From Octopus sinensis (taxonomy: Eukaryota): 64,000 nucleotides of DNA. The translations under genes and the position numbers were made by a program. The stretch's first letter is position 1. The number at the start of each line of letters is the position of its first letter. The stretch is taken from positions 67,270,001 through 67,334,000 of the forward strand of contig NC_043000.1 of assembly GCF_006345805.1 (NCBI RefSeq), given 5' to 3'. This document shows positions 37,244 through 52,474 of the stretch, one piece after another. The notes beneath the pieces were generated by a model that was not told the origin of the DNA, ran no database searches, and saw only the letters and a list, made by a program, of their open reading frames with translations.

Positions 37244-38735
37244 ATATAGTGTATATATCTACACTATGTTGGTAAAGGTTCAATATTCATTCCAATTGAA
37301 AAATTCCTGCATCTATGTTACGGCCCACTGCTTTGGAATTTTTCTATGCCTAGTCTCCTTCACAAAAGTATATCTCATTCAAAATACATTTTCCTCCATA
37401 AATAGGTTGTTAATGTTGTGCTAGATTTTAACTTTGTCCATAGCTTTTTTTAGGGATTAAACCTGCCACTGCAAACATGGGAGAGATAGTTGTTACATGC
37501 TAAAGCACAGCTGAAATCTATAAATGAGATGCTAGCCAGTGTTTCTTGGTACAAACATTTATTAATCTCTTTAACTTTGAATTATTGACATCTAGACACC
37601 TTCAGATTTACCCTACTTCTTTTTAAGAGAAATAGTTTGCTATACAGCAATTCTCTTTAGAAATTCTATACCAAATAGTTTCAAAATAACAGTACAAAGG
37701 ATGCTCATGGAGCTTGGACAACAAAACAGCCATTTATTCAAGATTTGTGAGGAAGAATTTTTAAATATCTTTGAAATGTAATATTGTTTCTATTATAGAA
37801 GGTACTGAAGCTATTAAATAGTGCAAACATTCCTTTTGTGTTGTGATGTAGGTACATTACTAGCAGCTAAAACACACACCATTGTGACATGGGAAAACAA
37901 GATCAAATTTGTAAGAAAACCAAAGTGAAGTGAGTAACCTGCACAGGTTTTAAGTCCCTTAGGGAGATGAGAGGATACAAAGATTATAGCAAAATGCAAA
38001 ACTTGCTATGAATATTGCAAATACTAAATATTGTAAATGTAGTGCATAGTGTCATTAGTATACTGATATAGTTATTTTTTCTGTGAGTATGCTTGCATAT
38101 TAGGGACATACTAACACTGATATGATTTGTGCATCAACAATCTGTTCATGCAAGAAGCTGCACATAATCATACATTTCTTATCAATTCTACGGAACGAAC
38201 TAGACAAGGGAAATAACTCTTTTCTTTACATTAAGTTACTGCTATTGAAAAGGAGTAGCTATTTTGTTTTGTTTATGAAGAATTTCATAATTTATCACAT
38301 AAACTAGAGAATTTCATTGTCACACACCAATAAATTTTAGTGATGAGAAAAATACTCTGAAAGAAGAAATCAAAAATGAATGGCATTTTTGTTAAGATAG
38401 ATATTACTTCCAGAGATAGTTGTGAGCATGACAATGCATGGATAAAATCTGTGATACAAGACAAGACAATAATTGGAAGAGTCCCTTAATTTATAGCTGT
38501 TAAAATTAGTTTTCCTACAGGCAATGTTGAACCTTCATTCATCTATCCTTTTGTAATTTGTTGAAGCACTTGTTTTATATTTTTGTGATGTATTCACATC
38601 ATAACATGATGCCTTGTTATCTCTGCTGCTTTGAATATCGTTTTCTTTTCTTTTTTTTTTGTTTGTTCTCTAAAGTCACTGTCTATTCTGTTTTCTAAAT
38701 GTCTTTCTAACTCAAAATCGTGAATATTTTGACAG

Positions 38736-38789
38736 CTTACATATTTTCAATTGATACCTTTAATTATAATGCCAAACATGTTGGTGAAG
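38736..38789 (+). CDS. Candidate 54-nt internal exon of an unidentified host gene
   Basis: Branch-like TTCTAAC ~25 nt upstream, acceptor TTTTGACAG, donor AAG|GTAAGA. Open in two frames (AYIFSIDTFNYNAKHVGE or LTYFQLIPLIIMPNMLVK). No homology recognised. Confidence 0.3.
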
Positions 38790-39516
38790 GTAAGAGAAGT
38801 TTCAGTCTACAGGCAGGTAACTTTGACAAGATTCATTCTCATCCTAGTTACAGCCGAAAACTTCACTGTCAAAGCTAATGATTTCTTTTCTCCAAGGGCA
38901 AGAAATCACTTGTGAATTATATAGATCTCAAGTGTGTAAATCTATGCATTATCTTTCTTATAGATAGCATGCGTAAGTTAGTTTCATATTTTAACTCTTT
39001 GTTTCAAAATAATCACTGATATAGCTGCCACTATTTGAATACACTTTAGTACTAGTAAATCTGCCTCTAAATACATCTGACTGGTAGAACTGTTATTGTG
39101 TTGAATGGGCTGTCTTGCAGTATCTGGTCCAGCTCTTCATGCTCTGAGCTGAAATCCCAGTGTGGTTCACTTTGGTGATAAACTTCTGACTACTAACCAG
39201 TTTAAAACTACCACTTGAACTTTGGATGCCTTTAGTTCAATCATCCAATTTGTTGCAAGCATTTCAGTTGGATTTTCATTTTGATGATATTTTTCTTCCT
39301 CCCATCTACTGGTGGGAGGGAGGAGGAGGACATCCTCAACAGAGGCCCTAAAAAGATTCATGGGCATTGTCCTTTCAGTAAATTGAGTGATAATCAATAA
39401 GTAATAAAATAAAAAGAAAACTCATTTGACACTGAACAAATGCTGACACTTTACTTTAGTCACAACATCATCTCTTCATGAGAAATAACCTGGCAATTAT
39501 ACATTCTATCATAACA

Positions 39517-42500
39517 TAAACTGTATTACACTCATGTCTATTACCTAAACTGTATTACACTCATGTCCATTACCTAAACTGTATTACATTCATGTCCGTT
39601 ACCTAAACTGTATTACACTCATGTCCATTACCTAAACTGTATTACATTCATGTCCATTACCTAAACTGTATTACATTCATGTCCAATACCTAAACTGTAT
39701 TACATTCATGTCCATTACCTAAACTGTATTACATTCATGTCCATTACCTAAACTGTATTACACTCATGTCCATTACCTAAACTGTATTACATTCATGTCC
39801 GTTACCTAAACTGTATTACACTCATGTCCATTACCTAAACTGTATTACATTCATGTCCATTACCTAAACTGTATTACATTCATGTCCATTACCTAAACTG
39901 TATTACATTCATGTCCATTACCTAAACTGTATTACATTCATGTCCATTACCTAAACTGTATTACACTCATGTTCATTACCTAAACTGTATTACACTCATG
40001 TTCATTACCTAAACTGTATTACATTCATGTCCAATACCTAAACTGTATTACACTCATGTCCGTTACCTAAACTGTATTACACTCATGTCTATTACCTAAA
40101 CTGTATTACATTCATGTCCATTACCTAAACTGTATTACATTCATGTCCAATACCTAAACTGTATTACACTCATGTCCATTACCTAAACTGTATTACATTC
40201 ATGTCCAATACCTAAACTGTATTACACTCATGTCCATTACCTAAACTGTATTACACTCATGTCCATTACCTAAACTGTATTACACTCATGTCCATTACCT
40301 AAACTGTATTACATTCATGTCCATTACCTAAACTGTATTACATTCATGTCCATTACCTAAACTGCATTACACTCATGTCCATTACCTAAACTGTATTACA
40401 TTCATGTCCATTACCTAAACTGTATTACATTCATGTCCATTACCTAAACTGTATTACATTCATGTCCATTACCTAAACTTTATTACATTCATGTCCATTA
40501 CCTAAACTGTATTACATTCATGTCCATTACCTAAACTGTATTACACTCATGTCCATTACCTAAACTGTATTACACTCATGTCCATTACCTAAACTGTATT
40601 ACACTCATGTCCATTACCTAAACTGTATTACATTCATGTCCATTACCTAAACTGTATTACATTCATGTCCATTACCTAAACTGTATTACACTCATGTCCA
40701 TTACCTAAACTGTATTACATTCATGTCCGTTACCTAAACTGTATTACATTCATGTCCGTTACCTAAACTGTATTACACTCATGTCCATTACCTAAACTGT
40801 ATTACATTCATGTCCATTACCTAAACTGTATTACACTCATGTCCGTTTCCAAAATTGTATTACACTCATGTCCATTACCTAAACTGTATTACATTCATGT
40901 CCATTACCTAAACTGTATTACACTCATGTCCATTACCTAAACTGTATTACATTCATGTCCATTACCTAAACTGTATTACATTCATGTCCATTACCTAAAC
41001 TGTATTACATTCATGTCCATTACCTAAACTGTATTACACTCATGTCCATTACCTAAACTGTATTACATTCATGTCCATTACCTAAACTGTATTACATTCA
41101 TGTCCATTACCTAAACTGTATTACATTCATGTCCATTACCTAAACTGTATTACACTCATGTCCATTACCTAAACTGTATTACATTCATGTCCGTTACCTA
41201 AACTGTATTACACTCATGTCCATTACCTAAACTGTATTACATTCATGTCCAATACCTAAACTGTATTACATTCATGTCCAATACCTAAACTGTATTACAT
41301 TCATGTCCATTACCTAAACTGTATTACATTCATGTCCATTACCTAAACTGTATTACACTCATGTCCATTACCTAAACTGTATTACATTCATGTCCGTTAC
41401 CTAAACTGTATACACTCATGTCCATTACCTAAACTGTATTACATTCATGTCCATTACCTAAACTGTATTACATTCATGTCCATTACCTAAACTGTATTAC
41501 ATTCATGTCCATTACCTAAACTGTATTACATTCATGTCCATTACCTAAACTGTATTACACTCATGTCATTACCTAAACTGTATTACACTCATGTTCATTA
41601 CCTAAACTGTATTACATTCATGTCCAATACCTAAACTGTATTACACTCATGTCCGTACCTAAACTGTATTACACTCATGTCTATTACCTAAACTGTATTA
41701 CATTCATGTCCATTACCTAAACTGTATTACATTCATGTCCAATACCTAAACTGTATTACACTCATGTCCATTACCTAAACTGTATTACATTCATGTCCAA
41801 TACCTAAACTGTATTACACTCATGTCCGTTACCTAAACTGTATTACACTCATGTCCATTACCTAAACTGTATTACACTCATGTCCATTACCTAAACTGTA
41901 TTACATTCATGTCCATTACCTAAACTGTATTACATCCATGTCCATTACCTAAACTGCATTACACTCATGTCCATTACCTAAACTGTATTACATTCATGTC
42001 CATTACCTAAACTGTATTACATTCATGTCCATTACCTAAACTGTATTACATTCATGTCCATTACCTAAACTGTATTACATTCATGTCCATTACCTAAACT
42101 GTATTACATTCATGTCCATTATCTAAACTGTATTACATTCATGTCCATTACCTAAACTGTATTACACTCATGTCCATTACCTAAACTGTATTACATTCAT
42201 GTCCATTACCTAAACTGTATTACATTCATGTCCATTACCTAAACTGTATTACACTCATGTCCATTACCTAAACTGTATTACACTCATGTCCATTACCTAA
42301 ACTGTATTACACTCATGTCCATTACCTAAACTGTATTACATTCATGTCCATTACCTAAACTGTATTACATTCATGTCCATTACCTAAACTGTATTACACT
42401 CATGTCCATTACCTAAACTGTATTACTTTAATGTCCGTTACCTAAACTGTATTACATTCATGTCCGTTACCTAAACTGTATTACACTCATGTCCATTACC

Positions 42501-44703
42501 TAAACTGTATTACATTCATGTCCATTACCTAAACTGTATTACACTCATGTCCGTTACCAAAATTGTATTACACTCATGTCCATTACCTAAACTGTATTAC
42601 ATTCATGTCCATTACCTAAACTGTATTACACTCATGTCCATTACCTAAACTGTATTACATTCATGTCCATTACCTAAACTGTATTACATTCATGTCCATT
42701 ACCTAAACTGTATTACATTCATGTCCATTACCTAAACTGTATTACACTCATGTCCATTACCTAAACTGTATTACACTCATGTCCGTTACCAAAATTGTAT
42801 TACACTCATGTCCATTACCTAAACTCTATTACATTCATGTCCATTACCTAAACTGTATTACATTCATGTCCATTACCTAAACTGTATTACACTCATGTCC
42901 ATTACCTAAACTGTATTACATTCATGTCCATTACCTAAACTGTATTACATTCATGTCCATTACCTAAACTGTATTACACTCATGTTCATTACCTAAACTG
43001 TATTACACTCATGTCCATTACCTAAACTGTATTACATTCATGTCCATTACCTAAACTGTATTACATTCATGTCCGTTACCTAAACTGTATTACACTCATG
43101 TCCATTACCTAAACTGTATTACATTCATGTCCATTACCTAAACTGTATTACATTCATGTCCATTACCTAAACTGTATTACATTCATGTCCATTACCTAAA
43201 CTGTATTACACTCATGTCCGTTACCTAAACTGTATTACATTCATGTCCATTACCTAAACTGTATTACATTCATGTCCATTACCTAAACTGTATTACATTC
43301 ATGTCCATTACCTAAACTGTATTACATTCATGTCCATTAACTAAACTGTATTACATTCATGTCCATTACCTAAACTGTATTACATTCATGTCCGTTACCT
43401 AAACTGTATTACATTCATGTCCATTACCTAAACTGTATTACATTCATGTCCATTACCTAAACTGTATTACATTCATGTCCATTACCTAAACTGTATTACA
43501 TTCATGTCCATTACCTAAACTGTATTACACTCATGTCCATTACCTAAACTGTATTACATTCATGTCCATTACCTAAACTGTATTACATTCATGTCCATTA
43601 CCTAAATTGTATTACATTCATGTCCATTACCTAAACTGTATTACACTCATGTGCATTACCTAAATTGTATTACATTCATGTCCATTACCTAAACTGTATT
43701 ACATTCATGTCCATTACCTAAACTGTATTACACTCATGTCCATTACCTAAATTGTATTACATTCATGTCCATTACCTAAACTGTATTACATTCATGTCCA
43801 TTACCTAAACTGTATTACATTCATGTCCAGTACCTAAACTGTATTACACTCATGTCCATTACCTAAACTGTATTACATTCATGTCCATTACCTAAACTGT
43901 ATTACATTCATGTCCATTACCTAAACTGTATTACATTCATGTCCATTACCTAAACTGTATTACACTCATGTCCATTACCTAAATTGTATTACATTTATGT
44001 CCATTACCTAAACTGTATTACATTCATGTCCATTACCTAAACTGTATTACACTCATGTCCATTACCTAAATTGTATTACATTCATGTCCATTACCTAAAC
44101 TGTATTACATTCATGTCCATTACCTAAACTGTATTACATTCATGTCCATTACCTAAACTGTATTACACTCATGTCCATTACCTAAACTGTATTACATTCA
44201 TGTCCATTACCTAAACTGTATTACATTCATGTCCATTACCTAAACTGTATTACATTCATGTCCATTACCTAAACTGTATTACACTCATGTCCATTACCTA
44301 AACTGTATTACATTCATGTCCATTACCTAAACTGTATTACATTCATGTCCATTACCTAAACTGTATTACATTCATGTCCGTTACCTAAACTGTATTACAT
44401 TCATGTCCATTACCTAAACTGTATTACATTCATGTCCATTACCTAAACTGTATTACATTCATGTCCATTACCTAAACTGTATTACATTCATGTCCATTAC
44501 CTAAACTGTATTACACTCATGTCCATTACCTAAACTGTATTACACTCATGTCCATTACCTAAACTGTATTACATTCATGTCCGTTACCTAAACTGTATTA
44601 CACTCATGTCCGTTACCAAAATTGTATTACACTCATGTCCATTACCTAAACTCTATTACACTCATGTCCATTACCTAAACTGTATTACACTCATGTCCAT
44701 TAC
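39517..44703. repeat. 29-bp tandem satellite, ~5.2 kb, ~179 units
   Basis: Consensus CCTAAACTGTATTACA(T/C)TCATGTCCATTA, repeated with no spacers. Length divided by 29 gives about 179. Confidence 0.97.
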
Positions 44704-45851
44704 AGATTATGTTGTAAAGAAAACTATGTAAACTACACTAAATTAAATGACAAAGAATTTCAGGTTTGCCTGTTTCCTTACTTTTATTGCTGCCATAAAA
44801 GCACTCAGCCACTTGTGCATTTATTCAATGAGGAGGTAACTCAGTTAATTCAACAACTCATAACTGAAACTGACAGAGACGAATTGTTAAGTAGTTTCAC
44901 GAAATTTTTATTGTTTTTTTTGTTTTTTTCACAAACGAAAACCACTAATTTTTACCTTTCAAAATAGTGTAACATGAAGTGGATGAGAAACACATCTCCT
45001 CTAGATGGTAATACCAGACTATCAAAGGTAACTTTCCCAGAAGCTCTGACACATAGTCCAAACAACCAAATGAACTGAGATAATATAGAATAAAATATCC
45101 TGGCCAGAAACAATAAACCTGTTCAACAGCAGTTTCATGCTAATATTTGCATTAATGTTATACAATTACACAATAAAACATAAGCTTCAAGATCCAGTTT
45201 TCATAACTCATTGATGAAAACTTTGCTCCTCCTCTTCCTCTGCTTTGCCATCATCATATTTTTTTTACATACAGTTTCCATGCTGGTATGAGCAGGATAG
45301 TTTGGCAGGATCCAATGTGTTGGAGGGCTATGTATATCACACCAATGTCTTAATTTTGATAGGCTTCTGTTGCTGGATGTTCTTCCTAATACAAACACTT
45401 TACAAAGTGTACTGGGTGCATTGTTTTTTGTAGCACAAGCACTAGTGAGATTACCTTATAACTGACAAGACCAAAAAGCCACCCACTTTAGAGAGTGTTC
45501 TGGATGCTTTTTTGTGACACCAGTAGTGCTAATGGAGTTTATCTTGTCACTTACAAGACAAAAGAATCTCTATGAGTGAAAGGGTGAATAGGAGAGAGAA
45601 TAGGAGTGTTAGGGTTAAGAAGTATTATAGAAGGAACATAATCTATATAAAATATAATAATTTATTATTATATTATTGCCATTTCATGCCATACTGGGTC
45701 ATCTTTGGTTGATTTCACTAGCATGTCAGTTTTGCTGGGTGAAGAAGTTATCAGCCCCTTGCTCAAACATTTGCTATTTCTGAAGACGGATGTTGTGAGT
45801 GCTCTCTCACAGCTCTTCTCATGGTGCAATATAGCTGAGTCTAAGAGAATG

Positions 45852-45888
<37 letters not shown>

Positions 45889-47039
45889 GAGGGGCAGGGA
45901 GGCAGACTGGCAGGCAGAGTAAATTGACTTTATTTACTACTACTAAAAAGATGAAAAGGCAAAGTTAACCACAATATGGTTTGAAATCACACTGCAGAGT
46001 ATGGAAACAAATACTGGCAAAATATTTTATTGAATGTTCTGATAACTTAACTAATTCGCTACTTTAACCTCTTTATAAAGTATTCTTTTAGCAGAAAACA
46101 ATCAAATCACAAGATAGGTAGGATCCAATGATTAGATCTATCAAACTTTGGTACAAACTATGTAAGGTAAGCATATATAATTTCAAAATTTAAGTAAATG
46201 TAATTAACATAGCATTTTTTCAGCACAATAACAACTTTGTAAAAACAATATAGTTATATTTTGTTAAAAAAAAAATCAACTTTACCTCCTACCCTCAGGT
46301 TATGAAATATAGTCTTAACTGTTTTATTTATTCATGCACTTCTGTTTATATCACTTAAAATGCAAAGTTGCATGTAAAAATTTAATGTAAAGTGACATGT
46401 AGCAAAAAACTGAAGGGGAGAGTTAATTGAGAGAAAACTTGGTGCAAACCAGTAATTGTTTTAAATAATATTTATCTACCTTAATATGAGAAGTATTTTC
46501 TTCTATATCACCTGGTAGCTTTTTGATATTGAGTTGATACTTTTTGTTCAGTAACTTTCCTTTGTTTCCATTAATTGTGATGCACATAGATCTGTGAAAA
46601 ATATTTCATAGTTGAGACAAAAAATTGTGTGTGAGTGAGTGTATAGGTTTAAATTTGCTTAAATTAAAACAACAAATGCAAATAAAAAAATGGCAACAAA
46701 AATACAAATATAAAAATTCACTTGCTACATTAACCTCTACCTCGACCTGTTTAGTCCCCACTCACAGTCTTATGAAAGCATCCATTCTCTCAGCCCCCTC
46801 CTATGATCCACTGCGCATATCCTGTTTTATGTTCACCTTCTTGTTCCTTAAAACTCCATCCTAATGTATCTCCTCTCATAGTATGACACATGTACTTGCC
46901 TCTCAATCATAGTTTAGTCTTTCAAATACTTGCCACAAAAGCACCCACCTCCACCTCCTAGATACTTCCTCTTAGTAGTGGGAGCTTTTCTCTAAACTTT
47001 TTCCCCTGTTCTTTTCTGTCCTGTTACTTACATGGCAAA

Positions 47040-47219
47040 CTCCTCAGTGCCAATGGCATGAAAAGAACACCCAATACACTTTGTGAAGTGGTTGGCATTA
47101 GGAAGGGTATCCAGCTGTAGAAACCATTGGAGCTTGGTGCAGTCCTACAGCTTACCAGTACCATACCAACATGGAAGGCAGATGTTTGATGATGATGAAA
47201 ATTTACATTTTAGAAAGAG
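47040..47219 (+). mobile_element. RTE LINE 3' tail fragment
   Basis: GTGGTTGGCATTAGGAAGGGTATCCAGCTGTAGAAAC...CATGGAAGGCAGATG followed by (GAT)n. Confidence 0.7.
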
Positions 47220-47555
47220 GTGTTTAGTATGATATTGAATTTTCTTTGACCACTGAGTTACTAGCATAGCTAAAGAGGAGAGGGTGACTTGTTTTACCAT
47301 ATCCATAGTTTGTTATAACTGTTTTATACATACTTTTCAAAAGCATCATTGTGACTTTTGCTTATCCAATACTGATGTTGTAGCCACTATATCATTTTTT
47401 AAGTATTATATATCACAATACTGTACCACAAAATATCAATTTTTTTAAAGCAGAAATGGAGAGATTATCTCCCTTCTGATATATGAGCCAATTATATGGT
47501 TTAACTTGTGATCTTTCAAGTACATGAAATATGTTTCTAAAGCAGTTTATGTGGG

Positions 47556-47751
47556 TTTCAAATTTTGGCATGAGGCTAGCAAATTCAGAGGAGCAGCTAA
47601 GTCGATTATGTCGACCTCAGTGATCAACTGTTACTTATTTTAACAACTTTAAAAGAATGAACGGCAGCATTTGAACTCAGAATAGAAAGATGGTTGAAAT
47701 GTTGCTAAGTGTTTTACTGGTGTGTTAATGATTCTGCCAGCTAGCCACCTT
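47556..47751 (-). mobile_element. SINE family B
   Basis: Colinear with the other family B copies. Confidence 0.75.
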
Positions 47752-48420
47752 AGTGCAGTTATATATCAAAATATATTTGTATCATGGATAGTGTCAGATA
47801 CAATTAAACGATTGATTTGATAACTTACACCCATGTCATATCTATTCTTTGCTCAAAACCTAGATAATACAAGAGTGTAAGTTGCTTTTTATATAAGTGA
47901 ACAACTAACACTCTCTCTTCGTTCTCATCCTTATCTCTTCAGGAGAATAAATTTTGAATTAATGCTAGTAACATTTTTTTTTCTCATTAAGATTATAATT
48001 TGCATGAATTAAAAAAAATACTTTTGGCTCATCATCTCATGTAAAGTAAACTGCATTTCACTGCTGAACAGGTAAAATTTTCAATTATTGGCACACTACA
48101 CATTTCTGCTATGTGAAAGTACAGTGGAACAGTGTCATTCATTGGTTACAGTTGGTAAATTTTAACGTATTTATTTAGGGTATGAAATATAACTAGGGTG
48201 CTGATACCATTGTTTAATGTTATTGGTTAGTTTTACTACTTAGAGCTGCTATTCTCCCTTTTATATAAATTTTTGTCCACTTTTTAATTATTTCAATTTT
48301 TCTAATAGGGCACATTTTTGAACAAGAAACAGAATTCTATTGACACTAGGCACCCATTCATGTATGGTTACAATCACATAGATATGTACAAGATGCAAAG
48401 ACACGTGCACACACATACAT

Positions 48421-50830
48421 ATCATCATCATCATCATCATCATTTAACGTCCTTTGTCCATGCTGGCATGAGTTGGACAGTTTGACTGGGCTGGCACGTT
48501 GGAAGGCTGCACCAGACTCCAGTCTGATTTGGCATGGTTTTCTATGGCTGGATACCCTTCCTAACACCAACCACTCCAAGAGTGTAATGGGTGCTTTTAT
48601 GTGCCACCAGCACAGGTGCCACTTGTGTGACACCAGGATGCATTTAAATGACACTGGCATGGGTGCCAATTTTTGTGACTGCAATACCAGCACAGTCGTC
48701 TCTCTTGAACACCACATCTGATTCTTCTTATGCCTAATTTTTCTCTCAAGATGCTTACACTCTGTTGGACATATACACTAACATTGCACATCCAGCAAAG
48801 CATACTGGCTTCATTTCTTTCAAGCCTATTTATGTCCTAGGCTGTTACAGCCCATATTTCACTGCCATGCGGCATAGCTGTTTACACACAAGCATTATAC
48901 AATCTGCCTTTCACTCTGAGAGAGAGGCCCTTTGTTGCCAGCAGGGGTAGGAGCTCTCTGAACTTTGCCCAGCCTAATCTTATTCTCACAGCTACACTCT
49001 CAGAGCATCCACCTCCTCTACTAACTTGGTCACCTAGGTAACAGATACTATCTACTACCCTTGGCTTGCCGCCCTGGCAGTTGATGGAGTCTATTTTCTT
49101 CCTATTTTCAGTGTTTATTGTACCTGTGCACCTTCCACATACAGAAGTTAATTTCCCTGGTAACCTTCCTCTGATGATACTGCACCTTTTATGTGTCCAA
49201 AGCTTACACTGGTTACATTTTATGGAGTTTCTACCTACACTTTTTCTACAGCTTGAGCAGGGCCATTTACCTGAAGGGATTTGTGATTTGTTTACCTTTC
49301 TACTTACAATGACTTACAATGGTTTTTGCTAGGTTAACTCTAAGACCTTTTGATTCTAGACCTTACTTCCATACCTGAAACTTCTTCTCTAGTTCAAGTA
49401 GTGACCAGCTATAAGAGCAAGGTCATCAGCATAGAGGAGCTCCTAGGGGCAGCCTGTCTCGAATTCCTCTGTTATTGTTTGGAGAACTATGAACAAGAGG
49501 TGGGGCTGAGCACCGATCCTTGATGAACCCCTACTTCTACCCTGAATTCTTTGCTGTACTCATTGCCCACCCTCACGTTACTTGTAGTGTCCCTGCACAA
49601 GGCTTGTACAGCTCTCACCAACCACTTGTCTATCCCTAGTTTTCACATTGACCACCAGATAAGAGACTGAGGGACTCTGTCAAATGCTTTTTCCAAGTCC
49701 ACAAAAGCCAAGTACAGAGGTTTATCTTTGGCTATTTATTTCTCGTGCAGTTGCCTTACTAGAAATATAGCACCAATGGTGCTTCTCCCTGGCATAAAAC
49801 CAAACTGCATCTCATCTAGACTAATTCTTCCTCTAATTAGTTGGGCTATGACTCTCTCTGCAACCTTCATCACCTGATCCAACAATTTGATACCTCTGTA
49901 ATTACTTTTATCTAAGGCATCACCTTTACCTTTGTAGTAGTTAACTATGGTGCTGCTACACCAAACATTGGGTATGACTCTTTCATGAACCACATGATTT
50001 ACAATACGAGTGACTAGACCATCTCAGCAGTGATTCCTGATGGGCCGGGGGCTTTCCCTGTCTTCATATCCATAATTGCTTTATCTACCAGGGTACTGTC
50101 GTTTTGGGCGTAGATGGTCCTTCATTTAGATCAACATCCTTTCATTCATTCTCCATGTTCAACAGTCTTTCATAATGGCATCTCCAAGCCTCTTTCTTTA
50201 AAGACTCATTAAAAGCAAGTGCACCATCATCCATGCAGACACATTTCTTTCCTATGACATCACAATTTTTGATGTCCTATGACATCACACTGTCTTGCAA
50301 TCCAAAATACTTCAGTTCTTTGGTCATCACAACACTGAATATAGGCAAACTTCTTCCTTTCTGCTTCTCCCTTGGCTAGATATACCTGTCTCCTAGCTTC
50401 CCTTCTGGCTATCTGACACAATTCCCTGCTACCTCACATCTCTAGGCCTTTTTATTTGCTCTACTGTATTGTTCTACCACCAAGTTACCCTGGGTTTGGA
50501 AGGGACTTTGCACCAGCCACAGATTTGGTCTGTGGCACTCAGCAAGCTGTCTCACAGGAATTCCCAGTTGCCCTCTATGTCACAAGTTTGTAGCTCCTCC
50601 TACCTCACATCAAATTTCTCAATTAGGATGTTCCTAAATCTCTGACCATATGAAGAGTCCTAAAGCTTCCAAATCTTTCTTTTCCATATTGGTCTGCTTC
50701 TTGGAGTCTAAAGTCGCTAATGACAAGTCTATGCTGGGTGGTATATTCTTCATCAGGGAGGGTCTTTGTATTTAAGAGCAACCATGCATCCTGCAACAAT
50801 CACCAACCCTACTTGTTACCAAGTAAGGAA
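48421..50830 (-). mobile_element. Second long decayed RTE LINE (5'-truncated)
   Basis: Colinear with 25476-28200. NYRGIKLLDQVMK..QFGFMPGRSTIGAIF (49736-49993), YADDL near 49425, (GAT)n tail at 48421-48442. Confidence 0.9.
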
Positions 50831-51718
50831 ATAATCACCCAGTTTAGCAAACAGCAAAACGTTTAACATGTTTTACATGGAAAACTGGAAACAAACAAGG
50901 TTTTTTTTACATTCAACAGGACTAAAGAGGCACAAATTTAAAAGAACATATAGTTCATAGGAGATAGTATTGTTCTGTTATAATTTTATTTTAACAACTT
51001 GGATTTGAGCAGTTTGATGTGTGTGTGTGTGTGTGGTGTGTGTGTGTGTGTGTGTGTGTGCACATATGAACATCATTTACTATTCAAATAGATATATTTG
51101 CAAGTGTCTAGAGATTATGACTACAATGATATTAAAACTGTAAAATACATGTTCTATGTTGGTGTTTTGAAAGTCTAACAATGCAAAAGAAATTTGGCAA
51201 TTGAATTACATGGTAAACTGCAGTCATTGAAAATTCTTGCTTATAATGTCTTTTTTTATGTTTGACCCAAAGTTAACTTTGGTTCAGTAGATCCCTCATC
51301 TTTTATCAGATATAGTATATCTAGTATGTCCTGTCTTTTTTAACATCATTGGTTGCAGTTCTTGAGAGATTTCTTGTAGTTTGAGAGGACCTCTTAAAAG
51401 TTATCAACTCAGCTCATCTGTTTATAATATATAGCAGTGGAAATACGGATTAGCAGCTACAGCTTTCTTATACCAGCTTAAAAAATAAAAGATACACTGG
51501 TTAATGCATTTCTAGATGCAGTGTGTCTAAATATAAGACAGGATGGTCATGGTTAAATGCCTTTCATAACAGATAAGTCTGTTGATGGCTGCTCTGGGAT
51601 TAAACAGCAGATGATGAAAGAGAACCACATATAATAGGCTTGTGATGAGGAATGTATGCAGATACTCAATTCATAGATTACTGCAAGAATAGTCAGTGAC
51701 GTTAATATTTTAGGTGCA

Positions 51719-52011
51719 TATGTGTGTGTGTATGTGTGTGCGTGTGTTGTGTGTGTGTATGTGTGTGCGTGTGTTGTGTGTGTGTAACTATGAGTCTGTG
51801 TCTTTGTGTCTGTTTGTCACCCTGCCATTGCTTGACAACTGATGCTGGTGTGTTTATGTCTCCGTAACTTAGCAGTTCGGCCAAAGAGACCGATAGAATA
51901 AGTACTAGGCTTACAAAGAATAAATTTCAGGGTCGATTTCTTCAACTAAAACCTTTTGAGGTGGTGCTCCAGCATGGCTGCAGTCAAATGACTGAAACAA
52001 GTAAAAGAATA
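51719..52011 (+). mobile_element. SINE family A 3' half
   Basis: (TG)n, then GCTTGACAACTGATGCTGG...GGTGCTCCAGCATGGCTGCAGTCAAATGACTGAAACAAGTAAAAG. Confidence 0.8.
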
Positions 52012-52153
52012 TCTGCAAAATGAATGCACAGTCTCTATAACACAGAATGGGAAATGGAAGTTAGTTATTATGCATAATATACATATCAGTTGTAGAATAA
52101 GGAAACACTATGTGGGTTGTTTGCTTGACCTGCAAGAAACAGACATATTAGAT

Positions 52154-52474
52154 CAGTGGCTCTCAATCAGGAGTCACATAGATGTTTAGGGGTCCACACA
52201 AGCAAAATAGTAAATTGGAGATACACAGTAATATATTTATGGTCTATGAAAAAATTTTGCTTTAGATGTATTTATTACAAGAAACAGCAAGATTTCTTTC
52301 TCAAATGTTTTACATACTTCAAACAACACAAATGAATGTGTGAAAAAACAAAATAGGAATTTTGAAGGCAGTATCTATAAAATTAGTTCCTAAACATTGA
52401 ATGGCTATGGGGGTCCATCAGAATAGAATAGTAATCAAAGGGGTCCATAGGCAAAAAATGGTTGAGAACCACTG
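52154..52474. mobile_element. Buster-type hAT MITE (321 bp)
   Basis: TIRs CAGTGGCTCTCAA / TTGAGAACCACTG. TSD TATTAGAT / TATTAGAC (7 of 8, central TA). Confidence 0.85.

Noticed and set aside
39517-44703. CRISPR array
   Set aside because: Contiguous 29-bp monomers with no unique spacers, no cas genes, and a eukaryotic context.
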